In this document: in pieces, positions 28,228 to 40,096 of the stretch | Layout: every line of letters starts with the position of its first letter | How positions within the stretch are numbered: position 1 is the first letter of the stretch | NCBI GenBank assembly: GCA_963834265.1 | Contig: CAWIAU010000002.1 | Coordinates: forward strand, 141,929 to 191,838 | Direction of reading: 5' to 3' | Source of the DNA: an uncultured bacterium | Lineage (GTDB): Bacteria > Patescibacteriota > Saccharimonadia > Saccharimonadales > 2-12-FULL-41-12 | Length of the DNA: 49,910 nucleotides | Made by a program: the position numbers and the translations under genes | Notes under the pieces: model-generated | What the model was told of the DNA's origin: nothing | What the model saw: only the letters and a program-made list of their open reading frames with translations | The model's database searches: none

Positions 28228-28304
28228 TGGTGGAGCATATCGGATTCGAACCGATGACCTCTTCAATGCCATTGAAGCGCGCTAGCCAACTGCGCCAATG
28301 CCCC
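28228..28304 (-). tRNA. tRNA-Ala(GGC)
   Basis: GGGGCAT...CTTCA-ATGGCAT-TGAAG...GGTTCGAATCC...CTCCACCA. Confidence 0.96.
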
Positions 28305-28331
28305 GTATGCTGATGCTTAGGATTGTAGCAT

Positions 28332-28357
28332 AAAAATACCCCCACAATGTAGGGGTA
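28332..28357 (-). terminator. Intrinsic terminator between ligA/candidate sRNA and tRNA-Ala
   Basis: TACCCCTACA-t-TGTGGGGGTA followed by TTTTT on the minus strand. Confidence 0.7.
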
Positions 28358-28359
28358 AC

Positions 28360-28436
28360 TCGTGCGCGCCCACCAGCGGCTACTACTTTTTATTTTGGAC
28401 ATTTTTATTTCAGGTCAGCGCCGCATGCGCACGATC
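28360..28436 (-). ncRNA. Candidate small structured RNA
   Basis: Closing stem TCGTGCGC/GCGCACGA, inner GCGGC/GCCGC, two AAATAAAAA tracts, followed by a terminator. Confidence 0.35.
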
Positions 28437-28470
28437 TTAAGATTAAGCATAATCACAAACAGGCTTATAG

Positions 28471-31436
<2,966 letters not shown>

Positions 31437-31454
31437 CAGGCCGCTTTTTGCATC

Positions 31455-32321
31455 CTATTCACGCGTGCCCATTTCACGAAGAATGCGGATACGCTCTTCG
31501 GCCGGCGGATGTGTACTGAACAAACCGCTGAATTTACCCTTGAGTGGATTAGCAAAAAACAGATGTGCCGTCGATGCATTGCTGTTAGCGGTAGCGCTGC
31601 CTTGTTGAGATATCTTTTCAAGTGCACTGGCCAGACCCTCCGGATAGCGTGTCGTCAAAGCTCCGGTAGCGTCAGCCAGATATTCGCGTCTGCGGGAGAT
31701 AGCGAGCTGAATCATGCTGGCTGCAATTGGTGCGATAACGATTGCAAATATTGCCAGAAAGAATTCCAGCGGATGGCGGCTGTCCCTGTCACTAAAGAAT
31801 GTGAAGTGCAGGATAACATCGGCGATAATCGACACGACCGCCACCAGCGCAAAAGCAAGCATCGATACGCGTATATCATAATTCTTGATATGCCCCAGCT
31901 CATGAGCCATGACACCTTCCAGTTCATTGTCATCCAGCGCCGCCAGCAACCCGCTTGTAGCGCAGACAGCGGCATGCTTCGGATCACGGCCGGTGGCAAA
32001 GGCGTTGAGCGCCGGATCATCCATAATATATACTTTCGGCATCGGCAGACCTTCGGTGATTGCCAGATTTTCAACGATACGATACAGACGCGGATCATCA
32101 CGTTTCTGAATCTCGCGTGCCTTATTAACGGCCAGCGCCATTTTGGAACCACTCCAATACATAATCAATGCGTATATCATCGCTCCGATCAGAATATACG
32201 GTGTCAGAACAGGGTGCCCGAGGTAATTTGCAACTACCCAGCCCAGAGCCCCGATCAGGACGATAAAAAATAAGAAGATGTAAATCGTCTTTCGTTTATT
32301 AGCCGCAATGTTCGAATACAT
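31455..32321 (-). CDS. htpX: Zinc metalloprotease HtpX (M48)
   Basis: NAFATGR, AHELGH (HExxH), SRRREYLAD, FSTHPP. Confidence 0.96.
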   Translation of the reverse strand: MYSNIAANKRKTIYIFLFFIVLIGALGWVVANYLGHPVLTPYILIGAMIYALIMYWSGSKMALAVNKAREIQKRDDPRLYRIVENLAITEGLPMPKVYIMDDPALNAFATGRDPKHAAVCATSGLLAALDDNELEGVMAHELGHIKNYDIRVSMLAFALVAVVSIIADVILHFTFFSDRDSRHPLEFFLAIFAIVIAPIAASMIQLAISRRREYLADATGALTTRYPEGLASALEKISQQGSATANSNASTAHLFFANPLKGKFSGLFSTHPPAEERIRILREMGTRE

Positions 32322-32350
32322 AGGATCGTTCTCAACCCTTAATTATTATT

Positions 32351-32911
32351 TTAGAATTTTACGTCGACAGGCTTGTTAACCTCGACCGATTCAGCCTCGT
32401 CAACTTCGAAGAATTCGCGCTCTTTAAATCCAAGAGGACCGGCAAAGATAATGTTCGGAAAAGTCTTGATCTTAATGTTCAGGTCGCGGGCAGAACCGTT
32501 GTAGAAGCGTCGTGCAGCCTGGATTTTGTCCTCAGTATCTACCAGTTCGTCCTGCAGAGCTTTAAAATTCTGATCAGCCTTCAGGTCAGGATAATCTTCT
32601 GATACGGCAAATAGGCTTTTCAACGCACCGGTAATCATATTCTCAGCCTGAGCCTTCTCTTTGGGGCTCTGAGCATTCAGTGCATTGCTGCGAGCTTCGG
32701 TAACATTTTGGAAAACGGTTTTTTCATGCGAGGCATAGCCTTTGACGGTTTCTATCAGATTAGGAATCAGATCATAGCGTCGCTTCAACTGGACAGTGAT
32801 ATCGCTCCATGCTTCATCTACACGAACTTTACTCTGAACCAAACCGTTGTATATGACGATGGCACTGATAACCAAGACGCCCAAAACACCCAATATAATC
32901 CATGTGGTCAT
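32351..32911 (-). CDS. lemA: LemA family protein
   Basis: AWSDITVQLKRRYDLIPNL, YPDLKA, RRFYN, FPN. Confidence 0.96.
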   Translation of the reverse strand: MTTWIILGVLGVLVISAIVIYNGLVQSKVRVDEAWSDITVQLKRRYDLIPNLIETVKGYASHEKTVFQNVTEARSNALNAQSPKEKAQAENMITGALKSLFAVSEDYPDLKADQNFKALQDELVDTEDKIQAARRFYNGSARDLNIKIKTFPNIIFAGPLGFKEREFFEVDEAESVEVNKPVDVKF

Positions 32912-32974
32912 TTGTTTATAACTCCCGTTATTTATGTACTTTTTATTATAGCACCCAAACCAGAGCAGCTACAA

Positions 32975-33060
32975 TGGTGCGCGGGGCGGGACTTGAACCC
33001 GCAAGCCTTGTGGGCACAGCATTTTAAGTGCTGCGTGTATACCAATTCCACCACCCGCGC
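32975..33060 (-). tRNA. tRNA-Leu(TAA)
   Basis: GCGCGGG...CAGCA-CTTAAAA-TGCTG, long variable arm, GGTTCAAGTCC, CCA. Confidence 0.96.
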
Positions 33061-33061
33061 A

Positions 33062-33556
33062 TTATTTTATCCGATTGCGTAAGGCTACTTTCTTATTTTT
33101 ACCACGATGAGTGGGTTGAAGGCTATGGCAATTTGGACAAAGTACACGTAAATTTTCCAATCGATTATCCTGTCTTTCCCCGTTAATGTGATCAAGTTCC
33201 AGCGGAATCCGTCCGTCAATTGATTTCTCACACCACCCACATAACTCACATTCAGGAGCTTTGAGACCAGTAGCAAAAAGTTTAATTTTCAACTTATAAC
33301 TTTGCACCCTACTGCCTGTAATCAATAACTCTTCGATAGGAAGAGCAAGTACGACTGGTCTGGTGCTATCTTTGCGCCAACCTTTTCCGGTAAAATGCTC
33401 GGTTGATATGCCTAAATTAATTATTCTATACCTAATCTGAACATAATTCCCGCCTGCGGGTACAAGATTGAGCTTAATCAATACTGCGCGATAACTTTTT
33501 GAGTTTTTTACAGCTTCTTTGAGTTCAGCATCTGTCCATGAACATTTTCGAGGCAT
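33062..33556 (-). CDS. HNH endonuclease (putative free-standing homing endonuclease) inside a tRNA pair
   Basis: CELCGW...LELDHING..DNRLENLRVLCPNCHS (Zn-binding HNH). Confidence 0.92.
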   Translation of the reverse strand: MPRKCSWTDAELKEAVKNSKSYRAVLIKLNLVPAGGNYVQIRYRIINLGISTEHFTGKGWRKDSTRPVVLALPIEELLITGSRVQSYKLKIKLFATGLKAPECELCGWCEKSIDGRIPLELDHINGERQDNRLENLRVLCPNCHSLQPTHRGKNKKVALRNRIK

Positions 33557-33596
33557 ACATAAACGTTAGCACAATTCTTATGTATACCCTATTGTT

Positions 33597-33670
33597 TGGA
33601 GGCGCGTACGGGTAACGCTCCCGTCTACTGGGTTTTGCAGACCCATGCCTAACTTCTCGGCCAACGCGCC
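33597..33670 (-). tRNA. tRNA-Cys(GCA), non-canonical T-loop
   Basis: GGCGCGT...TGGGT-CTGCAAA-ACCCA...ACGGG-AGCGTTA-CCCGT-ACGCGCC-TCCA (U73 discriminator). Confidence 0.92.
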
Positions 33671-33781
33671 CTATGTGGTAGACGAGAATAATTATAACTT
33701 ACAAAGAATAAAAGAAGTACTGAGGACTTCCGGGAAAAAATACTTGCTTTTACATACTGTTTATGCTACAATAGGCCACCT

Positions 33782-34654
33782 ATGCACGACCGGTTTCATT
33801 TAATACCTGTACCCAATCGTATTGCAGCTGCTGCTGGTATTCTGGGAATATTGCTTAGCCCGTCTATTGCTAATGCTCAGGAACCAACCGGCGGCACACC
33901 TGCCGGTATAGATCCTGGTGTACCTGAGCGTACTCCGGATCCTGTCACACCGACACCAGCTGTGCCATCACAACCTGACTCTATACCTCCAATGACAGAC
34001 CCGGCTGCGCCGGCAAAACAGCGGGGTCCCTGCATACCCACAGAACAAATAAAATCTACTAAAGATATTTCGGACAGATGTGAAAGATTTATATTGCGCA
34101 CCCTTAGACGTTCAGTATACGATGATCTACGCGACGATTTAGCATTGGCTACATGGAAAAAAGAATATAACCGGGGAACTAATACTTCCAAGGTAAAAGT
34201 TAACGGCCTGCTGGACGTACCTACTGCAAAAGGAATTCTGAAAGGTAAAGCAATGAATCCGAAATCGCCTGACCCTAATTCAAAGGGCCATGAGATATTT
34301 GTACGCGTAAGCAACCAGACAGCCTCTGTTCTTGATAACGGTAGAATAAATCATATGTTATCCGTTTCTACTGGCGCTCCGGGTAATGAAACACGTACTC
34401 CAAGAGGCTCATGGCGCATAAATGAGAGGGTGATGGGTTCCGGATATACGAATCCGAGTGGTGGAATTATGTACTACGCTCTCTTCTTTTATAGGGGGTA
34501 CGCTGCTCACGCAGGTATAGTACACCCGAAGATACAGCCAGAAAGTCATGGCTGTACAAGATTTGACTTCAAAACTATGAGGTATATTATTCGAGGTGAG
34601 AAAACCGGTACTCACGCATTTACAACAGGCGATAAAATCAAGGTTGTTGACTAG
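33782..34654 (+). CDS. Secreted L,D-transpeptidase (YkuD family) with Pro-rich linker
   Basis: Signal peptide (ANA), VSTGAPG..TPRGSW, YAAHAG...SHGCTR; promoter TTGCTT-17-TACAAT at 33744-33772. Confidence 0.88.
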   Translation: MHDRFHLIPVPNRIAAAAGILGILLSPSIANAQEPTGGTPAGIDPGVPERTPDPVTPTPAVPSQPDSIPPMTDPAAPAKQRGPCIPTEQIKSTKDISDRCERFILRTLRRSVYDDLRDDLALATWKKEYNRGTNTSKVKVNGLLDVPTAKGILKGKAMNPKSPDPNSKGHEIFVRVSNQTASVLDNGRINHMLSVSTGAPGNETRTPRGSWRINERVMGSGYTNPSGGIMYYALFFYRGYAAHAGIVHPKIQPESHGCTRFDFKTMRYIIRGEKTGTHAFTTGDKIKVVD

Positions 34655-34698
34655 TTGTAAATAGTTCGCACTTTCCTAACTTCACTTCGACCTATGTG

Positions 34699-35310
34699 TT
34701 AATTTCTGGTTGTGGGATTGGCTTTTTTGTACTGATCTATAGCCTTTGAGACTTGTCCGTCGTTCTTTAAGTTTTCCCAGAAAGTAATGTTCTTACGTTC
34801 AATGTACATAACATCTTCAGGTCCATGAAGCTCGTTGCCCAGCTTAGTCAGGCTTACTTCACCACCGGCTAATGGATTACCGGCTTTATCGACATTGCCG
34901 GTTTTGAGATAATATATATCTTCGAGTTTCAACGTATCTTTTGTAATTTCAGTAATCTGCCCGAAGTATACCTGCCCGCCATTCAGAAAAACCCCCTGAT
35001 ACTGGTTTTTTACGATTTGTTTCTCGGTATATTTATCTGCCTCTTCGATTACTTTCAGGCGCTTTTCAATATCTTCGGTCTTTGTTGCCTGATCAGCCCT
35101 ATTTGCTTTGGTGCCAACCATTATCAAACTGGCAGATGCCAGTCCTATAGCGAGTAGCATCAGTATGCTTATGAATAAGGCAAATATTTTACGCTTACCT
35201 GAACTGGGGGATGGTCGTCCTGCCTGGCGTATCTGGTTCGGTAACTGGTTATATACTACCGGTTGCGGAGAGTCGGGCTTGATGGGCTGCTGATTATAAT
35301 TCTGATCCAT
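34699..35310 (-). CDS. Membrane-anchored hypothetical protein
   Basis: TM helix, YQGVFLNGGQVYFGQI...L.DIYYL...LTKLGNELHGPED...FWENLKNDGQV, a pattern I associate with CPR genomes. Confidence 0.8.
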   Translation of the reverse strand: MDQNYNQQPIKPDSPQPVVYNQLPNQIRQAGRPSPSSGKRKIFALFISILMLLAIGLASASLIMVGTKANRADQATKTEDIEKRLKVIEEADKYTEKQIVKNQYQGVFLNGGQVYFGQITEITKDTLKLEDIYYLKTGNVDKAGNPLAGGEVSLTKLGNELHGPEDVMYIERKNITFWENLKNDGQVSKAIDQYKKANPTTRN

Positions 35311-35491
35311 GATAATCTTTCTTGTTTACCATGAAGTATAGGTTATGGTTGTTTATGATCAAAGCAAAATTTTATTACGACCCTGCGGACGGAGACCCGA
35401 ATATGCCAACAGCGGGTTCTATCCAGATCAGTATCATTGTTACCGCGAACACGATTCTGAGGGAGCTGTATTGAATGCTTCGGTACCGAAG

Positions 35492-35680
35492 CTAAGATTT
35501 GTCGCTCAAATACTTACCGGCAACGCTCAATGCGAATGAAGGCAGGATAATAAAAACAGTAAGCGTCAGAAGTTTTGTAAGTATTCCCTCGTCTTCAGAT
35601 CCGGTCAGAACAATCAAAATTCCTAAGATCCCAAATGCGACTGATGCACAGATGAATATTTTTGTAGCTGGTTTTTGCAT
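35492..35680 (-). CDS. Small two-TM membrane protein
   Basis: MQKPATKIFICASVAFGILGILIVL...LLTLTVFIILPSFALSVAGKYL. Confidence 0.7.
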   Translation of the reverse strand: MQKPATKIFICASVAFGILGILIVLTGSEDEGILTKLLTLTVFIILPSFALSVAGKYLSDKS

Positions 35681-35681
35681 A

Positions 35682-35898
35682 TTATTTTTTTTGCTGGTTA
35701 CTCTTATATTCAAGTATATCTCCGGGCTGGCATTCCAGAGCCTTGCAGATAGCCTCCAGACGTTGATAGCCGGACGGCTTTGGCTTTGCCGTTTTTCAGT
35801 ATCGAAAGATTGGCCATTGTTATGCCAACCTTTTCGCTTAGTTCTGTAACGCTCATTTTGCGCCTCGCCAGCATCACATCGATATTAATAATAATCAT
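35682..35898 (-). pseudogene. YozG-like Cro/C1 HTH regulator with a +1 frameshift
   Basis: MIIINIDVMLARRKMSVTELSEKVGITMANLSILKNGKAKAVRLST; removing one T at about 35760 restores LEAICKALECQPGDILEYKSNQQKK*. Confidence 0.88.
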
Positions 35899-35907
35899 AG
35901 CTTACCT

Positions 35908-36366
35908 TTAGACCGTGAGGTCGTTCTCCGATTTTATATCCACGGCATTTTGGACTAATTTCTGTAATACACCCGCAGATGTAGCAATTACGAATGACGC
36001 ACCAACCAGAATTAAGCCAAGCGCAAAAAAGCCCGGAGCATCGTCCTTTTCTGCTGCCTGGAATATGAAGGGCAACAATATGGTATAAATTCCACTAATA
36101 ATCAACGCGCAGTACTTTATTTTCTTCAAGGTATCAACGGTATCAACAGAAAATGCCTGGTTTTTATCAACATTGTTCAGTAACCTTAACGTTTGGTAAA
36201 GCGCATAGAAAAAAGGAATAGCAGCCAAATATGCCCCCGGCAAAAGATGGCCAATTCCGGGCACTCCGTCAAATACAGCCGGAACCGTCAAAACACACAG
36301 CAACAATACAACCCCGCCCATTGCTACAACTGCTAGCCGTAATAATATCGTTGATCCTCGTTTCAT
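35908..36366 (-). CDS. DUF2975 (YoaS-like) membrane protein
   Basis: MKRGSTILLR, AIPFFYALYQ, AFS, DDAPG, AVDIKSENDLTV; known pairing with a YozG-type HTH. Confidence 0.9.
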   Translation of the reverse strand: MKRGSTILLRLAVVAMGGVVLLLCVLTVPAVFDGVPGIGHLLPGAYLAAIPFFYALYQTLRLLNNVDKNQAFSVDTVDTLKKIKYCALIISGIYTILLPFIFQAAEKDDAPGFFALGLILVGASFVIATSAGVLQKLVQNAVDIKSENDLTV

Positions 36367-36462
36367 ATGCTTTCCTTGTTTATTCATGAATAAGAGTATA
36401 GCACACTATTTATCGTAATTCAATATATTTTTGTTGTTACTATTTCATAGATACGCTTAATT

Positions 36463-37068
36463 TTAAGAGAACGAGCCGGTTTTGACATTTCCCGCCCGTT
36501 CATACGAAGCGATGATTACTCCGCTTGGGGAGGTTTTGGACTCAACTAATCTGAAGGCTGCGGGGATGGTACCTTCTGAGAGTAGACGTTTCCCCGCACC
36601 TAGGGTAATTGGGAATATCTTTAGCCATAGTTCATCTACTAGGTCGTTCTTCAACAGTGTTTGTATGAGGTTGCCGCTGCCGTGCACTTGCAGCATCGGT
36701 CCGACTTCTTGCTTCAGCTCATTTAGCTTCTCAATCACATTTTCCTGAATCAATATCGATTTATCCCAGGTTAAATCAACGCCTTTTGATGAAACTACGT
36801 ACTTTTTAGCTTTATCAAACGGGTCGCCTGCCAGTCCTTCTTTGTGCTTCGGCCAATAGGCCGCGAAAATATCATAGGTTTTTCTGCCGAGCAGCAAGTC
36901 AAACGGCATACCCATCTGTTCGCCCATTATATTGCCTGAAAATTTATCAAAATAAGGAACAGTCCACCCACCATAATCAAATCCGCCGGATGTATCTTCC
37001 TCCGGCCCGCCCGGAGCCTGCATTACACCGTCGAGACTGATAAAGCTCAAAACAACAAGTTTCCTCAT
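36463..37068 (-). CDS. Dihydrofolate reductase-like / RibD C-terminal domain protein
   Basis: MRKLVVLSFISLDGVMQAPGGPEED, LLLGRKTY, VHGSGNL, LVDEL.L.IFP..LGAGKRL. Confidence 0.92.
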   Translation of the reverse strand: MRKLVVLSFISLDGVMQAPGGPEEDTSGGFDYGGWTVPYFDKFSGNIMGEQMGMPFDLLLGRKTYDIFAAYWPKHKEGLAGDPFDKAKKYVVSSKGVDLTWDKSILIQENVIEKLNELKQEVGPMLQVHGSGNLIQTLLKNDLVDELWLKIFPITLGAGKRLLSEGTIPAAFRLVESKTSPSGVIIASYERAGNVKTGSFS

Positions 37069-37107
37069 AACAAAATTATAACAAAGTAGATTTCAACAAT
37101 TCTTCGT

Positions 37108-37298
37108 TTCTAGAGGCCGATAATCCCGGCTACACCATGACGGGCATAAACTAATTGCGGTGCGGCTTCAAAGGGAGAAGTATTTCCACAAGCCGGACCT
37201 TCTACAAGTCTATAGGGTGGAGCAGTTTCCTCGCGTTTTTTGGCGCTTACAGTCTCGAGAAACGTATCTACACTTATTCAGGTTGGTCGCGTTTTCAA
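37108..37298 (-). pseudogene. Decayed DUF1801-like gene remnant
   Basis: Fragments LKTRPT*ISVDTFLETVSAKKREE and PVM../GIIGL resemble DUF1801 'LKTKPT..SV..FL' and 'PVMWGPSIIGFG'. Confidence 0.45.
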
Positions 37299-37301
37299 CT
37301 G

Positions 37302-37688
37302 CTACTTCAACTTTAGCAATCCGCGATTTTTAATTATGTTTTTATAATCCCACTGAATATTTATAGCTTTTTTTAAATACCGTTTTAACTGGTCAGGATC
37401 TATTTGGCTTTCGATTGTGTAGATAAGCTCAGCTGCCTTAAAGCTACCGCTTGATATTAGTTCAGGCTCGTCGAAAGACTGGCCGCTCCAGAACATTAAT
37501 CTGACATTACTCTTAAGCTTGCTATATCCCACTATCGGATTGCCGTCTATAAACCAAACCGGATGAGCATGCCAAACCTTACTTTCTGCAAGGGGTAAAT
37601 TATTGCTGATAATTTCGTACAACCGATTACAAATCAATTTGTCTTCTGGCGCCTGTTTATTGTGATAAGATTGAATATCTTTATTCAT
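37302..37688 (-). CDS. DUF1801 domain protein
   Basis: AESKVWHAHPVWFIDGNPIVGYSKLK..VRLMFWSGQSFDEP, QWDYKNI. Confidence 0.88.
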   Translation of the reverse strand: MNKDIQSYHNKQAPEDKLICNRLYEIISNNLPLAESKVWHAHPVWFIDGNPIVGYSKLKSNVRLMFWSGQSFDEPELISSGSFKAAELIYTIESQIDPDQLKRYLKKAINIQWDYKNIIKNRGLLKLK

Positions 37689-37749
37689 GACTTAATCATA
37701 CCAAACTTATATATTCTCGCTTCTAGCCATGCCGCCCCCTATGAAGTGA

Positions 37750-38118
37750 TCATTTCCACTTGACTCCGTTTTCACGGTATTCGCAAGCCCGGAAAAGCAC
37801 TATTTTCTTAATCAATTCCGCTGGCAATGGCTTATCGTAGGCTAACTTTACCGATCCTTTGCCCGTCTCATAGTCCGAGAGCTCATTTTCAAAAGCTTGT
37901 TTGGTGCTTGGTGTAGCAACAAGATTCATATGATTCTTATGGCCGGAAAAGACTACTAAGATCATGCCATTTTTATCGATTGTTGCCGGAGCGCCCCATT
38001 TCAGTGCTTCATTCGTATCGGGTAAAGCTGTCCTGATTATTTTTCGTATTTTTGCCAGTATGGTCTTCTGACCTTCGGGGAAATTATCAATGTATTCGTC
38101 TACTGTCTTTGGCTTCAT
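37750..38118 (-). CDS. DUF1801 / YdhG-like protein
   Basis: KTVDEYI, LKWGAP, KNHM, YETGKGSVKLAYDKPLPAELI. Confidence 0.88.
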   Translation of the reverse strand: MKPKTVDEYIDNFPEGQKTILAKIRKIIRTALPDTNEALKWGAPATIDKNGMILVVFSGHKNHMNLVATPSTKQAFENELSDYETGKGSVKLAYDKPLPAELIKKIVLFRACEYRENGVKWK

Positions 38119-38119
38119 A

Positions 38120-38452
38120 TTATTTACTTTTAACTTTCTTATATGCCATCTCCAGGTGTTCTCGCCACGTTTTACCTTTGTCTTCGGATGCTTCAGCTAT
38201 AGTGTGCAAGCCATTGGCATTGACTGTAAGAGTCATTAGCTGATAAAAATCTTTATCATTACTTGAGCAAACTAATTTTTTCCCGTCAAAAGTTACATTA
38301 AAGATGCTGGATACACCCCGTTGGTCGTAATAAAAAATCTCGTACTTTTCCTGAGGGTCGCTGTAGCCGATTACCCATATATCGTCCGGCTTTTTGTCGG
38401 TTTTCGTATCGCTCAGAACTAAAAAAGAATCGTCCAATGCTATATTTTTCAT
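38120..38452 (-). CDS. Beta-barrel hypothetical protein (DUF1579-like, possibly N-truncated)
   Basis: YYDQRGVS..F, SEDKGKTW..LEM.Y pattern. Confidence 0.55.
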   Translation of the reverse strand: MKNIALDDSFLVLSDTKTDKKPDDIWVIGYSDPQEKYEIFYYDQRGVSSIFNVTFDGKKLVCSSNDKDFYQLMTLTVNANGLHTIAEASEDKGKTWREHLEMAYKKVKSK

Positions 38453-38511
38453 ACAATTATGATATCAACAAAAACCACCGTTAGAATTTTTTGTTCATCT
38501 CATTGGTCTAT

Positions 38512-38856
38512 TTATTTTTTGTCTATTCCCAATTTCTTAGCCACATCGATCAATTCATGCTTAGAAACCAACCCGATAATTCGCTCGACTTCTTTGCCTT
38601 CTAGAAATAGGGGCATGTTCGGAATGCTGCGAACACCATACTCAACGGCAAGCGCATTGTTTTCCTCAGTACCTTCAATATCGACTTTGACTATATCAAT
38701 AATCTCATTGTGTTCTTTTGCAACATCATGTAGGGCAGGTGCCATCGCCAGACAAGGCGCACACCATGCCGCCCAAAAATCGACGAGCACAAGCTTGTTG
38801 CTTTTTAGCACGTATTCTTCAAATTCTTTTTTATTGGTTATGTTATACAGTGCCAT
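38512..38856 (-). CDS. trxA: Thioredoxin
   Basis: VLVDFWAAWCAPC, YGVRSIP, GKEV.R..G. Confidence 0.93.
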   Translation of the reverse strand: MALYNITNKKEFEEYVLKSNKLVLVDFWAAWCAPCLAMAPALHDVAKEHNEIIDIVKVDIEGTEENNALAVEYGVRSIPNMPLFLEGKEVERIIGLVSKHELIDVAKKLGIDKK

Positions 38857-38910
38857 AAGCTTAGTCCTATGATTATAGTATATTAACTTTCACATAGTTT
38901 TCCTAAACTC

Positions 38911-38961
38911 AACCCGGAAAGGGTTATTTGATGGTGAAGCAAATTTATATGAAAGTATAGC
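38911..38961. repeat. Cassette junction site (hairpin + TGGTG...GAAAGT)
   Basis: AACCC-ggaaa-GGGTT, TGGTG at 38932, GAAAGTATAGC at 38951. Confidence 0.5.
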
Positions 38962-38967
38962 TACTAC

Positions 38968-39348
38968 TTAGCCTTCAACAGCCACTTCGAATCCACCGTA
39001 TGCCATCTTTTTCATGTCGTTAGGCATTTCAAAGTCAGTCTGTTCGCTATATGCATCATCCATCTCAGCAATAACTTTTTTATTTACTTCATCGCGGTGC
39101 TCTTTTGATTCAAAAACAATGAATGAAAACCAGACATTTTCCTCATCGTTTGCGCCAGCCATCTCTTTAAAAGCTCTTGATTTTAGGTCACCCATTTCCT
39201 GCTGCTTGAGATCATCACCCTTGCATTCAAAGTACTGAAGTGCACCATGCTTCATCCAGGAATCCCGCCCTTCTTCTGCCATTTTCTGATATTCAGCTTC
39301 TTTGCCTTTAGGAACTACCAGAACAAATCCATCCACGTATTTAGCCAT
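38968..39348 (-). CDS. DUF1428 (YbaA-like) protein
   Basis: YVDGFVLVVP, W..HGALQYFEC.GDD, VWFSFI.FESKEHRD.VN, KKMAYGGF. Confidence 0.92.
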   Translation of the reverse strand: MAKYVDGFVLVVPKGKEAEYQKMAEEGRDSWMKHGALQYFECKGDDLKQQEMGDLKSRAFKEMAGANDEENVWFSFIVFESKEHRDEVNKKVIAEMDDAYSEQTDFEMPNDMKKMAYGGFEVAVEG

Positions 39349-39404
39349 TTTATCTACTCCTCTTTTAAAATTGTATTTTAATAATTTTAGCAGTTACGGT
39401 AAAC

Positions 39405-39467
39405 AAAAAGGACACCTAAGCGTCCTCTCATTAACATTTGGTGCGCTTTATGCTACGAAAGTAAAAC
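39405..39467. repeat. Cassette junction site (terminator + TGGTGCG...GAAAGT)
   Basis: AAAAAGGAC-acctaagc-GTCCT, TGGTGCG at 39439 (7/7 to the tRNA-Gly 3' end), GAAAGTAAAAC at 39457. Confidence 0.55.
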
Positions 39468-39510
39468 GTTACTTCTTAGAGTTTTAATAAACACAGCGAG
39501 ATACTGAAAC

Positions 39511-39930
39511 TCAACGTACAAGTTTAGCGTGGCTGTTATTATAGATTTTTCCTGGTTTTGGTCTGGTAAATTTTAAAGCAGTCCATACATCGTCAATTCG
39601 TATGTTATTACTTTCTACCAGCCCATTGGAGTAACCAATTTTTATGACTGCATCTAACGAAAGGTCAGTATTAAGCTGTCGCGCTTTCGGCCACGACGCC
39701 CAAAGTTTACCGTTTTTTGCCAAACACTCCTTGTAATCAGCAAAGTCTTGCAACATTTCATAACGTCTGACATAGAAAATATGAATAAAGTCATACGCGG
39801 TCTCATCTTTTATGTGAGTATCTATGAGTTTTGCATTTTTTTGAATTGCTTCGGTATAATCTTCGGGGGCATTAATTAGTAAAATTTTAGTGCTGTCATC
39901 AACTTGTATCATTTTTGGTAAACCACTCAT
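39511..39930 (-). CDS. DUF3052-like hypothetical protein
   Basis: INAPE, DFIHIF, GKLWASWPK, TDL, GLVE...IDDVWTALKF. Confidence 0.75.
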   Translation of the reverse strand: MSGLPKMIQVDDSTKILLINAPEDYTEAIQKNAKLIDTHIKDETAYDFIHIFYVRRYEMLQDFADYKECLAKNGKLWASWPKARQLNTDLSLDAVIKIGYSNGLVESNNIRIDDVWTALKFTRPKPGKIYNNSHAKLVR

Positions 39931-39944
39931 AGAATAATCATATC

Positions 39945-40012
39945 AAAAAGAGACGGGTTTAATCGTCTCTATAGGTTTCAGCGTGGTGCCGGATTGTAAG
40001 CGTATTTCTAAC
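39945..40012. repeat. Cassette junction site (terminator + TGGTGC...)
   Basis: AAAAAGAGACGG-gtttaa-TCGTCTCT-like hairpin, TGGTGC at 39984, GTATTTCTAAC at offset 18. Confidence 0.5.
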
Positions 40013-40096
40013 TTTAAATAATAACGAGATTGACACTTACAAATTGGGGAATCTGGTGGAACAATTCAATTTATCCAGTCAATTACTGGAATAGTT

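Noticed and set aside
31509-32273. Long antisense ORFs (254 aa over htpX; also 15411-16097, 20977-21522, 48685-49191)
   Set aside because: Shadows of well-supported genes on the opposite strand, with no motifs.
35345-35539. Small + strand ORFs at the island's left edge (including MIKAKFYYDPADGDP...)
   Set aside because: Not called as genes: short, with no clear promoter or family; at most a relic reading frame beyond the junction site.
38460-38510. Additional cassette junction before trxA (AACAAAAA...TTTTTGTT then TGGT at 38504)
   Set aside because: No GAAAGT-like arm follows, so it was not counted as a site, although it may be a truncated one.
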